64,000 nt of DNA, taken from Vicugna vicugna. Its lineage: Eukaryota. This document shows positions 13,241-25,900 of this stretch, piece after piece. A program made the translations under genes and the position numbers. The notes below the pieces were generated by a model. It did not search any database. It was not told the DNA's origin and saw only the letters and a list, made by a program, of their open reading frames with translations. Position 1 is the first letter of the stretch. Every line of letters begins with the position of its first letter. The stretch covers positions 4,779,302 to 4,843,301 of the forward strand of contig MU063048.1 in NCBI GenBank assembly GCA_013265495.1. The letters are read 5' to 3'.

Positions 13241-14071
13241 CAGGAAGGTTATTCTGGTTAGTTCTGAGTCAGTTAACTGCCTGTGCAGTTGTTCTGTTAG
13301 CCACCGTTACTAAGAGCTCTGAGTACTTGCGTTTGATCTTCTTTAGCTGAATTGAAAATATTTTTAGTCTCCATGTACAAATACACATGGAAGTCCACAT
13401 CCTTAAGACATATTAAATTTTTGCATAAATACTGGTTTTAACTATTTTTTCTGTCTAAAAACAGATTTGCTTGTATTCCTTAAAGATACTTAATATGTGA
13501 ATTTAAAATTAACTTTCTATAGGCGAAGTACCTTGCTGATTTGTAACTCAAAGTGCTTCTGTATTTTCTGTAGTCATCGCGGTTCCAGGGAAGGGAGGAC
13601 GTGTGTCCCTGACGCGGCAGCAGGACGGGCAATGCTCACGGGCGCCGCGTGTGGTCCAGGGCGAGCGACACCACAGCGGTGCCCGTGCTGTCCGGCCCCG
13701 CCGCGTGGCGCTCAGCTTCGGCCACAGGCAGGGGTCGCAGATTCCCACGACTCAGAGGAAGGAGGCATGAGACAGGCCAGCGCAGGGCGCCTGGCTGGCC
13801 GAGTGGCTCTCCTCAAGGTGGCTGCCTCCCGGGGTCTGTCCTTCAGGTGCTTTCCTTATCTGGCCTCCGGAAGAGCCGTCGCACAGTTGCGTCTGTCTCA
13901 CACCTTGTGACTTGAAATGATTCGAGCTCAGACCACGTTAGCATTTCTAGAGAATAGGAGAAATATTACGGGACTTCAGATAAGGGAAGTGGTATCTTTT
14001 ATCTGATTTTCAGAGCTTGACTTTGCCCTTTGAGAAAGTGGATGAAATGTTTGTGGGTCCTTGAAAATAGT

Positions 14072-14212
14072 AAGTCTTGCACCCAGGCACATGCTGCCAC
14101 ATACACGTATGTTCCTACGTGTCCGTAGGAATGGGGTGGCAAGTCCTGCACCCAGGCATACACGCTGCCACACGCACACGCATGTTCCCACATGTCCGTA
14201 GGAATGGGGTGG
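14072..14212. repeat. Two-copy imperfect tandem repeat, period ~69 bp
   Basis: aagtc(t/c)tgcacccaggca...tgtccgtaggaatggggtgg starts at 14072 and again at 14141. Confidence 0.9.
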
Positions 14213-14499
14213 TGTCTGTCGAGTCTGTGCCATGTGCAGGTGGGGGCTCATCCCCGCCTCACAGGCGAGGCAGCCGAGCAGGAAGAGGGGAGGGACTCGT
14301 CGCGGTCACACAGCCAGGATGTGGGGGCTGGGCTCGGAGTGCAGATCCAGGCAGCCCGACCTAAAAGCACCAGGCCGGGATGTTACATGGAGCTAATGCC
14401 TCCGTGGAAATCTGTAGGAAGCCACAAGGAAGGCCAGAGCCCTCAGAGAGGAATGGGCTCAGACCCTGAAAGTCACCGGTGGACTGAAACACGAGACAC

Positions 14500-15060
14500 C
14501 AGAAGACATTAAAACTCATCAGTACCTGAAGAATGCAAATAAAAAAAGCTGTCATTTTTTAAAACGCTCCAGATTGGCACATGTTTGAAAGCTTGATGAC
14601 ACACACCTGCTTTTTGGCAAAGGTACGGAGAAGTGGCTGTCACGTCCCCCTTCCTGGAGCATAAGTCGGCACGCTGTGCACGTGGACTCAGTGGGCACGC
14701 AGCGCGGGCATGTAATTTATGTAGAAGTTCTAGCAAAATAGGTACCGTGATGTCTACTGAAATACTTTTATAGGAGCAAAAACTAAAAAGCAGCCTAAAC
14801 ACGCATTGGTTATTGGGTCAAACCAGTGTGTCCGCCACACCCCTGCACCCCTTGTCGTGCGTGAGACGGACACACAGGTTATTGTCCACACATCAGTGTC
14901 ATCACAACATGTGCCCTGGGCTGTGTGCAGATGTGTCTTGACAAGGGGTGGGAAGCAGGGCTCCAGAAAGCTCAGTCTGCACCTTAACTTTTGTGTGGTT
15001 TGAATATTTGCAAGGAGCATACATTTTTATTTTTAAAAAGAAATTTATACATGGCCATGG
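14500..15060 (+). mobile_element. L1ME 3' region fragment, sense
   Basis: gaatgcaaataaaaaaagc...ccagattggcacatgtttgaaagcttgatga resembles the L1M 3' consensus (gaaatgcaaattaaaac...cagattggcaaaaat). Confidence 0.65.
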
Positions 15061-15789
15061 AGTCCATGCAGGCATGAAAACGTGGCCTGTGGCGCTGAGT
15101 TTCTTCACAGAAACGCACTCCGCTCGATAGTCCCGTGGCCCAGGTGGGTCTAGACCTCGGCCGCCACCTCTCGGCTTTCCTGACACACTTCGGAGTCGTT
15201 GCTGGAGTCGGTGTGGCCAGAGGGCCTTCACGTCAGGCTGCAGGGAGTCTCTAGTCACTGCAAGAGGGTTTTTTTAAACAATGTTTAGCATTTTTCTAAC
15301 CATTTGACGATGGAGGAATAAAAACTACTTTAGCCAAATTTACGAAGAAAAGCCTAGTGAAGTCAGCCTTATTACCCCTCCTGGCACTCAGGTCGTTCAG
15401 CGCCTTCAAGTGAGTGGGACCGTGCTGGCTCTACTGACAGACGTGAGTGTGCTCCGTTCACTAGGGCTGCCCCAGCATCAGAAATTCAGATGAGAGGAGC
15501 CCTGCATTCTGAGATGGTGGGAAAGCTTGTATCAGGCAGACTCTCCCGCAGGTAAAACTGTAAACTGCACAGAATGCAGAAAACCACTGCCTGAAGCCTG
15601 GAGAGTCAGAGCAAACCAACTGCAGAGAAGGGGGCCTCATCCTTTGAGGGACAGACGGGCCCACAGCCGGACAGGGTCATAGCAGGTGCAGACACGCATC
15701 CAGCGGAGAAATGGTGAACTTTTGACTTTGTGGTTTTTAATGTTATTAAATGATAATCAGTTGTTTGATGTGAGAAAAATCTTTATGAT

Positions 15790-17260
15790 TTATTAAATTG
15801 AATTCACAGTCAAAAACCTTTCTTTGTAGAAAACTCCAAGTCCAGATGGTTCTACTAGTAAATTCTACGAGGCATTTAAGGGGGAAAAAATGATGCCAGT
15901 TTTACCAGAAAATATAGGAGAAGGAGACACGTCCAGTTGCATGTTGTGAAGCCTGCGTGAGCCCAGAGCAGAGCCTGGCCGGGGGAAGAGCGTCCCCCAC
16001 GAGCACTGGGGAGGGAGGAAAAGCTTGATTTTTTCAGGAAATCAAAGTGGTGTCACTGTGCAGTGCTGTGACCACAGAAGGTTTATCTCAGGCTCACAGA
16101 GAAACTAGTCACTGTATCGACAACTTAAAAATGACAAACAGTGCAATCATCTCAGCAGGTGCAGTGAAGGCAGCTGACGAAATCCAGATCTGTTCACGGT
16201 AGAGCTTCTCAGCCAACTTGAGAAGTAGAAGGAGACCCCCTAAGCTGACGGAGGATGTACAGAACCTGAGGCTGGTGTCCGTCCTGTGAGGGTGAACCGT
16301 GGGGGCCAGGCGCCTGCTCTCACCCGCTGTCCAGCGTCGCCCTGCCGTAACGCCAGAAAAAGGGAGGTCAGGAGAGAGCAGACTGAGTGAAAGCATTTGC
16401 GTTCCAAGATAAAATTGTCGCATACGTAGAAAATCCTGAGGAATCACAGTTAACAAGTGAATTATTAAGATCTCAGGATATAGAATTAATATGCAGAGAT
16501 CAAAAGTGTTTTTAAAATACAACTATATACAGCAAAAAAATCGAAAATAAACTTTTTAAAGTTCCGTAAATGATAGCATCAAAACATGCAAAATTAGGAA
16601 TAAACTGAGTGGAAGGCGTTTAAGACGTCTTCACTCTACCTGGAAGTCACCGCAGAACGGAGTCAAAGGAGGCCAACCGAAGCAGGGAGGTTCGCGCTCT
16701 GGGTTTTCCCGTTGGACGTTGCAGTGTCGTCGAGAAGTCCCTTCTCCCACACTGGTCCGTAGGTTCAGTACATTCCCAGTCGGATCCCCAGCAGGCGTCT
16801 TTGAAGAAATTTTAAGCAATTGTAAAACTTGTTTGGGAAGATGAAGGACTTCAAGTGGCTGAAGCAACCTGGGTGAGCGGGAGCGTTGAGGTCCCCCAGT
16901 GCTCGGTGTGAAGACTTGGAAAGCTGCTGGAGTGAGAGGTGTGGCCTTAGCACAGGCACACGGAGACCCAGGAGGCCGAGCGCAAAGTGTGGAGACCCCG
17001 CGGCCGCGACCGCGACCCCTCCCTGGGGACAGGACGCCTCCGCACGCAAGTGCTGGGGCGGGCCTTTCCTGAGGGAGTGTGCGCTGGTGGCGGTGCCCCC
17101 GAAGGTACGCAGCACTGCTGTCCTTGGGGACGCAGGAAGGCCCCACGGAATGCTGAGAGAAGACCTTCCTCAGCGTATTCCCTTGGTCAGTTGATTGATT
17201 AATGAGAAATATCTTGGCAAAAGTTACTCAAGCCAGAGGCGACGGAAAAATACACATCAA
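15790..17260 (+). mobile_element. L1M ORF2 (reverse transcriptase) remnant, sense
   Basis: Degenerate KTPSPDGSTSKFYEAFK at ~15830 and an FADDMIVYVENP-like segment (gcatacgtagaaaatcctgaggaatc) at ~16420; many stops and frameshifts. Confidence 0.85.
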
Positions 17261-17639
17261 GTAAAATGCCAGTTTACAGCTTAGTTTCTAGACTAATAGA
17301 TGCTTTACGGAGAATGTCAGATTGAGTTGTCTTTTTTAATCCAATTAATGTTAAAGAAGAGAACTTAGTTAAATAACAACAGTTCCCAGAAGTAGCGAGT
17401 AAACTGCCCATTCACAGGTCGTCGGAGCTCGTGGGACAGGCCTCACCCAGGGGCCTCTGAGCACCGATCACCTTCCCAGGGTTGTCCGGAGGACGGGGTC
17501 CTCCCGAGGACGTCGCTTTAAGGCCCTGTCCTCGTCTCTGCGTGTGGAGCGCAGGTGGGAACAGCCGGTGACACGGTCTTCCCAGCTGTCCGTGCCCTGG
17601 CCGTGGGGATGGTTGGTCAGAACAGTTGCCGGCTGGAGA

Positions 17640-17830
17640 GAGTCCGAGTCGGTGGTCTTCCCCGGGACTGAGCTCAGAAGATAGTTCTACCAGTTCCTTG
17701 GACTTCCTCCTTTCATTTAGAAGTGTTGTCAGGGAGGGTTTAATGAACTCGGGTTTGATCTGTTTATCTGGGAAAAGCAGTTTCACATTTTCCAGAGAAG
17801 GACAACCCCAGTCGGTCGTCACTTTTTAAA
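17640..17830 (-). mobile_element. L1 ORF1 C-terminal remnant, antisense
   Basis: Minus-strand translation LFPDKQIKPEFIKPSLTTLLNE resembles L1 ORF1p FSDKQKLREFITTRPALQEML. Confidence 0.6.
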
Positions 17831-18149
17831 TCACACGTTCGCTGTTAAACCTCACTTTTTTCCTGGACATTTTCTCCTTTTTCATAAGCAGTGTAATGCA
17901 TTAGTGTCATTGCTGTAAAACCATTTGTACAGCGTTTTGGACATTTGGTTACAATTTCTTTGCCTGCCAAGCATTTCTCAATAAAGCTACGTTTTGGCTC
18001 TGATGGTCTTCAGGGTGGAATTCACTGACCTTGAGATGACCTGCGTGTTTTCTTCATTGCATGTCTTATCTGTTGAAGTATTTACTTTATTGTGTGTTAA
18101 ACTGTTAGCTGTTTGGCAGCAGGGTAAACTAATGTGCTCTGTGCAAAAG

Positions 18150-19130
18150 AGATTTTTTAAACTTATTTTGGACGTTTTTAGACTTATCAAAATAGAACAG
18201 CAAAGCGAAGCTCGTGGCCCAGGGTCTGGCTCCAACAGCCGCGAGCGCACACCGCCCTCTGCTCCCACCTCCCCGGGAGTCATTGCCTTAAAATAAATCC
18301 CAGGCGAATGATCATCTCGTCCACCCACAGATCAGATAAGGACCGATTTCTTGAAAAACGTAACCTCAATACCATTATCAGAGTTGGAAAAGATGAATAA
18401 TTCCTTATTTTGTCAGCTATCCAGTCAGTGTTCAGAATCCCTTTTGGACGGCTTGTTCAGATCAGGGCTCTGCGGGGCCTGCGCTTTGCTTTGGCTTTTG
18501 CTGTGTCTCGAGGGTGCTTCTTTCCTTCCCTGGGCTCCTGTCTCGGGCTGGTCTACTGACTGAGTCGGGTGGTGCTGCAGATGTTCTCGCTTCCAGGGCT
18601 CCCTGCTGCCTCCTCGTGGTGTCAGTCACCGCCCTGCGCTGTCCTGTGCTTCCTGGGAACCCGTGGCTGGTGAGGGCCTGTAGCAGCTTTAGGTCTGACT
18701 TTGCTTCACTGTCTGCCACCAGAAGGTCCAGCGCGTTTGGTTGTCTCCCTGTTTGTAATGTTAAGACGGATGCTTGCTCCAGCCTTGAACATTTCGGCCT
18801 AAACTCTTCATCTACTGGTTTTAGCACTGTTGGTAGTTGTTGCCATGATCCGTTATTTCCTGAGGGATTACAAACCCACGGTCGTCGGTCGTTAGCTGAA
18901 ACAAAATTAAAACTCAAGAATTCTGCAGGCTGGCTGCTCTGAAGTGCAGTTCACGTGGAAAAGGCGGGTAGTGCTTGATCTTTCTCTCCGTTTAGTTTCC
19001 AGAGCGAGCAGGTTCCCTCATGTTTTCTAAATGTGATCGACAAGGTGCTTTTTATGTTTTAATTGTCTTTATTAACCCGGGGCTTGAGCATGTTTAACGC
19101 GTTTCAGTTCGTTGTCGTGGCTGCTGTGAT
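18150..19130 (-). mobile_element. L1MC-type 3' end, antisense
   Basis: ttattttggacgtttttagacttatc, caataccattatc...aataattccttatt...atccagtcagtgttcag and ctaaactcttcatctactggttttagca match recalled L1MC4 3' motifs. Confidence 0.65.
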
Positions 19131-22100
19131 TTAGTTATCAAGCTGTTCCCTCCCTGGCTGGGGACCCTGTCCACCCGGCCCCCGAGGCCCCCTGCTCGCT
19201 GGTGGTCCGGGCGTCACACCCACCGTGTGCTCTTGCCCCAGGCATGGAGCCGGCCGTCGGGCAGGAGTGAAGAGGTGAGACAGGCGGGAGCGTCTCATCT
19301 ACTCCCTGCTCACCGTTCCCCGTCCTCCCTCGCGCTCCAGCTCCCCTGCAACACTCACACTCTCCTTGGGTCTCGTCCGAAGTCCACTGTGTGATCGGAC
19401 AGCAGCCCCGGGACCTGGTGGTGGCTCGGGCTCCAGGAGCACCGGCGGCCTGTTCCCTGACGTCCTGGGTCCTGCCAGGCGGGCGGTGACAGGCTGCGTC
19501 CCGTCCGAGCGTCCCTCTGGCCTCTTGCGTGTCTGCTCTGTCATGACGAGCCTGAGGCCCCGCGACCCCGAGGCCCTGTGGGAGGGTCCTGACCGTTCTC
19601 CTCACCCGATTCTGTCCAGTTACGACCTGAGTCGTCTACTGAAATTCGCTTGCGCACTACGCGACCGAGCCTCACGGAAAATGGGATGGGGGTCGCATAG
19701 GTGTTCCTTCGTTTTCGTCCCTTCTTCATCTCAGCGCTTTATTATTTCGTGTGACCTTGGCTGCCTTTGGGGGTGACGGTCTCCCTGGATTTATAGGTAC
19801 CTGTCCTCAGACTGTTCTGGGTGGGAGGTTATAAAGGGCTGTGGGGGGTCTGCCTCTGGGGCCTCCGCCCTTGGCTCACCCGCTGAGTCAGCACGGAAGC
19901 ACGTGAACCCACCCGTTCTGGGAGAGGACGCGCTCCTGTCGAATTTGGAGAGGAAAACTAAGCCGCAGAGTGGGTTTTGTGTGATTCGTGCCCCCCGACC
20001 CGTCACAGACCTGGGTCAGAAGCGCCGTCTGTCTCCAGGCACCGGGAGAGCTCCAGAGGCGCCGCGTGCGCTGAGTGAGCATCTTCTCCCAGTGACACAC
20101 GGCAGAGGCCGACCCGCTCAGTGATGAGCTGTTTTGTGGCTGTTTAACCCCTGCATCGCAGTGGGAAACCTGCGTGTGTTTTTAGAACCACGGCGTCCGG
20201 AGTGTTTCCTGGGAGTCCACAGCAGGCCTGGAGGGGCTCGGAGGCCGCAGCTGAGGACACTGGGCCGGGGCCGCTGGGGCCCGTTCGGCCGACGGAACAG
20301 AGCCTTTCCTCTCTGTCTCAGTTCATCAGCAAGTTGACGCGGGTGGGAAACCCTCCCTGGTGTGAACAGACCAGCAGTGGCGCCCTGAGCCCGTAGGTTC
20401 TCAGTGACGGGAGCAGTACATCAGTAAGGCAGCTGCCTGGAGGCGCCGACTCGACGCCGTGAACGCAGCCTTCACGCTGCGCAGGAGGCCGGCTCCGGCG
20501 GTGTCTCCTTTCAGACCGCTTTCTGCTAGTGTCTCATACTGATAATTAGACGCTTGAGTGGCGCCCCATGTAGATGCGTAGACATGACCCGTTTGAAAAC
20601 CCACTTTCGTTTGTGCACAGGCTGTCACTTCTGACTGCAGTGCTGTGACAGCCTGTGATTAGGGTAACGGGGACCGAGGGTCTGCGTGGAACGAGTCCCT
20701 GAGCGAGTTTGTGTGATGATACATTTTACGGAACCACAGAGATGCCTTCAGCGACTTGGGGTGTGATGGAAGTGAAAGGAATTAATACTCCTGTATGCAC
20801 GGTTGGGTTGTGCCAATGAAAGGAGAAATCGGTGTATGTTCTTGGGCGTTTGTCTTCTTTGTGCTATGCCTCTTCTATTCCAAGGAGAACAGGTATATAA
20901 ATCCTTTCGTTTAAAATGAGAGCACGTGCTGCTTTGGACATGTGGGCCTGTATCCAGCAAGACTGCACATAAACTAATGCTGACAATGAAGTGTTTTTGT
21001 GGAACACCCAGTCCTGCCTTCTCTTCCAGTTGGAAAACCAGCACAGCCGCCGGAGATAAACAGGGACATCACCTGTTTATGCATAGGAGACGCGGACGCT
21101 GGTGTCCGCCGCGGCTCCGCCTGAAGGCCCACAATCTGGAAACAGCTAGGTGTCCGCCAGCACAGCATAGGTGCCTACACCCCACGCGCTTGTCCTGTGA
21201 AGTCCTGGTCGTGGAGGGGAGGCCTCCTGCACGACAGCGGGGCCGGGTGTGGGGCATGCGAGCCTAGGCCGGGAGGTGACCCCCAGGGACGGTCCTTGAC
21301 GGGAGGGGAGCGGGGGACAGAGGCCCGTGTCTCGACCTGGACGCCAGTCGCACGTGTGTGCGGCACACACACGAGGTCTCTGTACCTCCCTGCGTGTACA
21401 GTCCATGCGGCCAGTTGCCACCTCTTCCTGGCCCACGCTTTCCTGCACACGTGGCGCTTTTCCAGCTCTGGAAGCCACTCAGTCCAGGTCTCCAGCAAAA
21501 CGCCCTCAGACTCAGACCGCTAAGCCACCGACTTCAGAGCAGAAACTCTTTCTGTTCTGTTAAATGTAAAACGTAGGGCAGTTGGTTGTTTGGACCACGT
21601 TAAGTTCATCAGTGCCTTCTTCCTCCCCAGGGCGGGCGGCCCTGCGGGCAGATGTGCTCGGCGGCCGGGGCCTGAGGGCCAGCCTGGCTCCGGCTCTTTC
21701 CCGGCCCTGTGCCAAGGGGGCGCCTCTGTGAGCTGAGGTCCCAGAGGGACCACCGTGATCAGACCCCCCCACCCACACTGGCCACGTCCGACGGACAAGG
21801 AGAATGTCTGCCCCGTCTCAGCTGCTGGCATTTGCGGCCGGCTTCTGCCTTTAGCACAACTGAGCTTATTTAAGCCAGTAAAGTAACCTTTGTCTCCTCT
21901 TCCTCTCCCTTTCCTGGTATGTTTCTCTTGATCATAGAGCGTGGGATACGTAATGTGCATGTGTTTGTGCAGACCGTGTGTTTGTAAGTTCACGTGCTGT
22001 ATGGTTCTATAACGTGTGAGCGTGATGGCACCTGTCTCTAAATTAAGAGACTGTTTAAATTGGTGTCTGTTACAGTCGGGCACACACTCACTCATTAACA

Positions 22101-22779
22101 TAATGTATCGAGGGCTCCGTGACCTGCAGAGTCAGAAGGGCTGCTCCTCTGGGCGGCCTCTCCCACACGGCCCCCGGCCGCCTCTGCACCCGCCAGGGGA
22201 CGTCCGCTCCCTTAAGGGGCTCTCAGCACAGAGCGGCAGCGCACTGTGTTCAGGGGCCCGCGGAGGCCCGGGTGAGGCCCCCGTGCAGGTGCCGTGACAC
22301 GCCCCTCCGGTCACGGCACGGGGATGGAAACAGAGCCCCGTTTCATGGTTTTGAAAGCTTATAGCATTGAAGACTGAGTATGAAACACCATTTTGCTCTG
22401 GTTTGTATTGAAAATCTTACAAATTTACGAACATACTTCATTTCAGTCCGCTTTGAAATAAAAGTGTTACCGTTTAACCGTCACCTTCATGCACGCTGTC
22501 ACATTGTGTCGTCCCCACAGCCTCGCTGGGCCGAGGTCCACTTGGCAGATTTTTCAGGCGTGGAGAATCAGGAAGGTCCATGGCTTGTTCAGAGTGGCGC
22601 AGCCTGCCTTCCGCCCAGTTCCCTCTCCAGGTTGTGGCTCGGTCTTCTAACGGGAGAAGCGTGTCGGGTGGGGAGGTGGGTCAGGCCAGGTGGGTCACAG
22701 CTCTGTGTGGTCTCACACACCCTAATACTGTCGACACTTGGACTAGAAACCACCTTTCTCCTTCCCCTGCCTGGGTGTG

Positions 22780-22960
22780 TCAGCCAGCCGAGAGTGGCCC
22801 TCGGGCTTCACCCCAGGCTCGCACAGCACGGACGGCAGGGGCAGCGAGAGGACCGTGCAAGTGGCCACTCGCCCTCTGCGACCGGCAGAGACTCCGAGAC
22901 CAGCGGGAGCATTTCAGAGAGTGGCAGTCGTGAGATTCAGTCACGTGGTGAAGGTCCCAG
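22780..22960 (-). mobile_element. L2 ORF2 (RT) remnant, antisense
   Basis: Reverse complement ccactctctgaaatgctcccgctggtctc...tggccacttgcacggtcctc aligns by eye to the recalled L2 HSTETALAKVTND...GHFSVLIL region. Confidence 0.45.
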
Positions 22961-25900
22961 GAAGAAGAAAGGGTTGCATCGTTTGGGGGTAAAGAAGCCG
23001 CACAAAACCGTTGGCAGGCCCTCCAGTGACGGAAGCATCAGAGTGGGCAGGGGGGTGGAAGGGAGCGCCGACGCTGAAGACAGAGCAGCGGACGAGGCAT
23101 CGTCCAGAAGGTTCTCAGAGCAAAACAGTTTAGACTTCAGGTTTTGGAGCGAGGCAGAGAAGCCCAGCCCTGTGAATGGAAGGAGCTCCTGTCCCGTGCA
23201 GGGTCCCTGGGGCCCGCACGCCGGGTCAGCACAGGGTGCAGGTGATGCCTGCCGGGCCCTCCGCCGCCGCAGTGCCTGCCAGCCCCGTGTTCCCTGGTCA
23301 CCGTTCAGCTCCCCGGAGGTGCCGGTTGGAGACACTCCTCCTTATGTAACCGCGGCTGACCCCCAGGTCAGCTCACTCTCACAACTCCGCTCTCTCTGGA
23401 TGATGTCAGTCTCACACGGTGCATGGAGTCGTGCTCCGAGAGCGTGCGGGGCGCCCTGGCTCTGCTGCACGTGGCAGCCCGGCCTCCAGGACGCGGGGCT
23501 GCTCCTCTGCGAGGCACCTGTGTGTCCCCCCGTCAGCCCTGGGGCCACCACAGCCTGGCTTCTCGCGGGGCGTGTACAGTTAGGACTTAATTGAAGTCAT
23601 TCTTAGGGAGGAGAAGAACCCCCGGACACGTCGCAGTGTGAAGCCGCTTAGACCTCTGCGAGGCGCCGCGCGGTCGTGACGGCTCACGGCGCGGAGCAGA
23701 CGCGTTGCTCGCGGCAAGCCAGCTCTGTTTTCTTGTCACTTTCACTTTCCTGACTGAAGGGACTTTCTAGTGAAAACAGGCTCCACCAAAGGATGGAATT
23801 GAAACGAACGAATTTGCCAGTTAATGAAGTTAATCAAACTTGTGCCTGTACGTCTGAAATTCAGGGTCTCGGTTTTGAATGTTGAAACCGAGACTGCTCA
23901 CCAAGTGTGTGAAGCCTTTCGTCGTACGTGGGGTTGCTGTATCCACAGTCCGCTCTGCACTTCGGACTTCAGCTTGGGGATGGGAGAGGCTGTGAGCCCT
24001 TGCCCAGAGCTGCTTGTCTGTGACGTCTATGGAGGCTGAACTCGTAGGAATAGAAATCCCTTCTCACAAATGGAAAAAAATAAGCCAGGAAATACTTTTA
24101 CAGTCATTTTTGCTGCCGGTGGTGTTTTCTGTTTTTACAGGGAGAAGTTTTCCTGTTCGTGGAAGTCGTATCAATTAAAGCCAAAAAAAAGAGAACCCTG
24201 AGAAGGAAAGCAGAAGGCTGAAGCGGTGGGGCTGCCTTCTCGTGTTCCGCCCCAAAGGGTCTCCTTTCCCCACAGGCATTCGTTTAAAAGTCGCTCCTGG
24301 GGCAGAGGACGTTTATCAATTTAGGAGGAGACAATTAGGAGGGTTTAAGGAAACGTGGACTGGAACCTGGGGCCTGGGCCTGAAGCCCTTTCTCTGCTCA
24401 GGGCAGTCAGGCCTTTCTGCCTGACGGTCTCGATACAGTTTCTGGGTACGTTTTTTAATAGGCGGTAATTTCGGTATTGTGTCTTCAGAGTACAATTGAA
24501 TAGGTAATTTATCTGAAAAAAAATACCCCGAAGTTCTTTCATGTAGTGTTTCAGTTTGACCCAAAAAAAGTACATTGTGGGATATTTATAGTATTTTTCA
24601 ATCTATTTTTATCTGTAGACGAGGACTAGTAACTGATTTAGGGCACAGGGTTAAAAACAGGAAATGTGGTTTATAAAGGAGGCAGCATCTCCAGAGTTTC
24701 CAGAGTTAGATTCGGTGGTGTTGACTGAGTGTCGTGGTTCAAAACAAGTCGGGCAGGGCGCCTGGGCCGCGTGTCTGGAGGACGTGACCGGAAATGCTTC
24801 TGCTCAGGTGGTGCACAGGTGTTTCTGTAAGTGCCCATCCTCAGACGCTGCGCAGTCGGGTGAGGTCTGCATCTTGTGTGACTTACAGTAAATTTCCTTT
24901 GACCTCTGCATTTTGCTTAAATCTTTCTCCCAGTGTTTTAATGGAAAGTTTTGTCACCATCGTAGTTGGGGAGCATTTATTCAGGTTGTTATTAATTATA
25001 GTAACGAGAGAGTCCAAGTTAAGAAAGTAAAAAGGCTTGAAGAAGCAGTTTAAATTTGAATGGCCTTTTCAGCGACAGGCTGGCAGGACCGTCAAAGCCC
25101 ACAGCCCCTGGCTCGGCAGATCTGCTCCTAGGAGGTGCCGCGAGTGAGCTGTGCTATGGGAGCGAGGGGCCGGCAGCCACCGCAGCGCTGCTTACAGCAG
25201 TCCATCCTGAAGGGCCCTGGGGCTGTCGAGTGGCGGGAGAGCAGGTTACCAGAAAATGGAATAAAGCGCAACATGAGATGAGCAGATGGACACATAGACG
25301 GAGAGCAGGCCCTCACGGCCGTCCCTGCCGCGGGACACGGGGCCGCCGCTGAAGGGCGCAGCCTGCCACGCAGTGTGGAGCGAGGTCAGCAAGTTTAAGA
25401 AGAGAGTGTGTAGTGTGACCCGTTTTTAGGGGAAGACTTCCCTTCAGAGGAGAAGGTCTGGAAGACTATGCCGCACACTAGGGAGGAGGATGAAGCCTCG
25501 GTCGGGTCAGAAGAGCCCCTGCTCTGCTCTTTACCGCGGCGTGGAAGCCCTGGAGAGGCCCGCTGGCAGCTTGTCCAGACCCTTCATTCTAGGAAGAATC
25601 AAATCCGCCTGTATCACACTTTCTGGGTCACAAGAAGCATTCCACATACTTCAGAGAAAGCCGGAAGCTTCGGTGGATTAAATTAACTGACTTTCCAGGC
25701 AGAATTTGAATCCAGGCCATTCCGTGCTCCCCGCCCGCGGCCTGTTAGGGGCGCTTCCCGTGGGGTGGGCACGGGCGCCTCCCCTCGGCCGTCGGGGCCC
25801 GGCCTCCGCGGCCCTCTGTCTGCCCGTGTGGGCTTCCCTGCTGCCCAGCGGTGCTGTGCATGCACTTGCCTTCTTGGGGGCCCTGTGGGCGAGGCGACCG

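Noticed and set aside
7400-15950. Inverted L1 ORF2 fragments flanking exon 23 as a circRNA or dsRNA driver
   Set aside because: They cover the same L1 region in opposite orientation but look too diverged from each other to pair stably.
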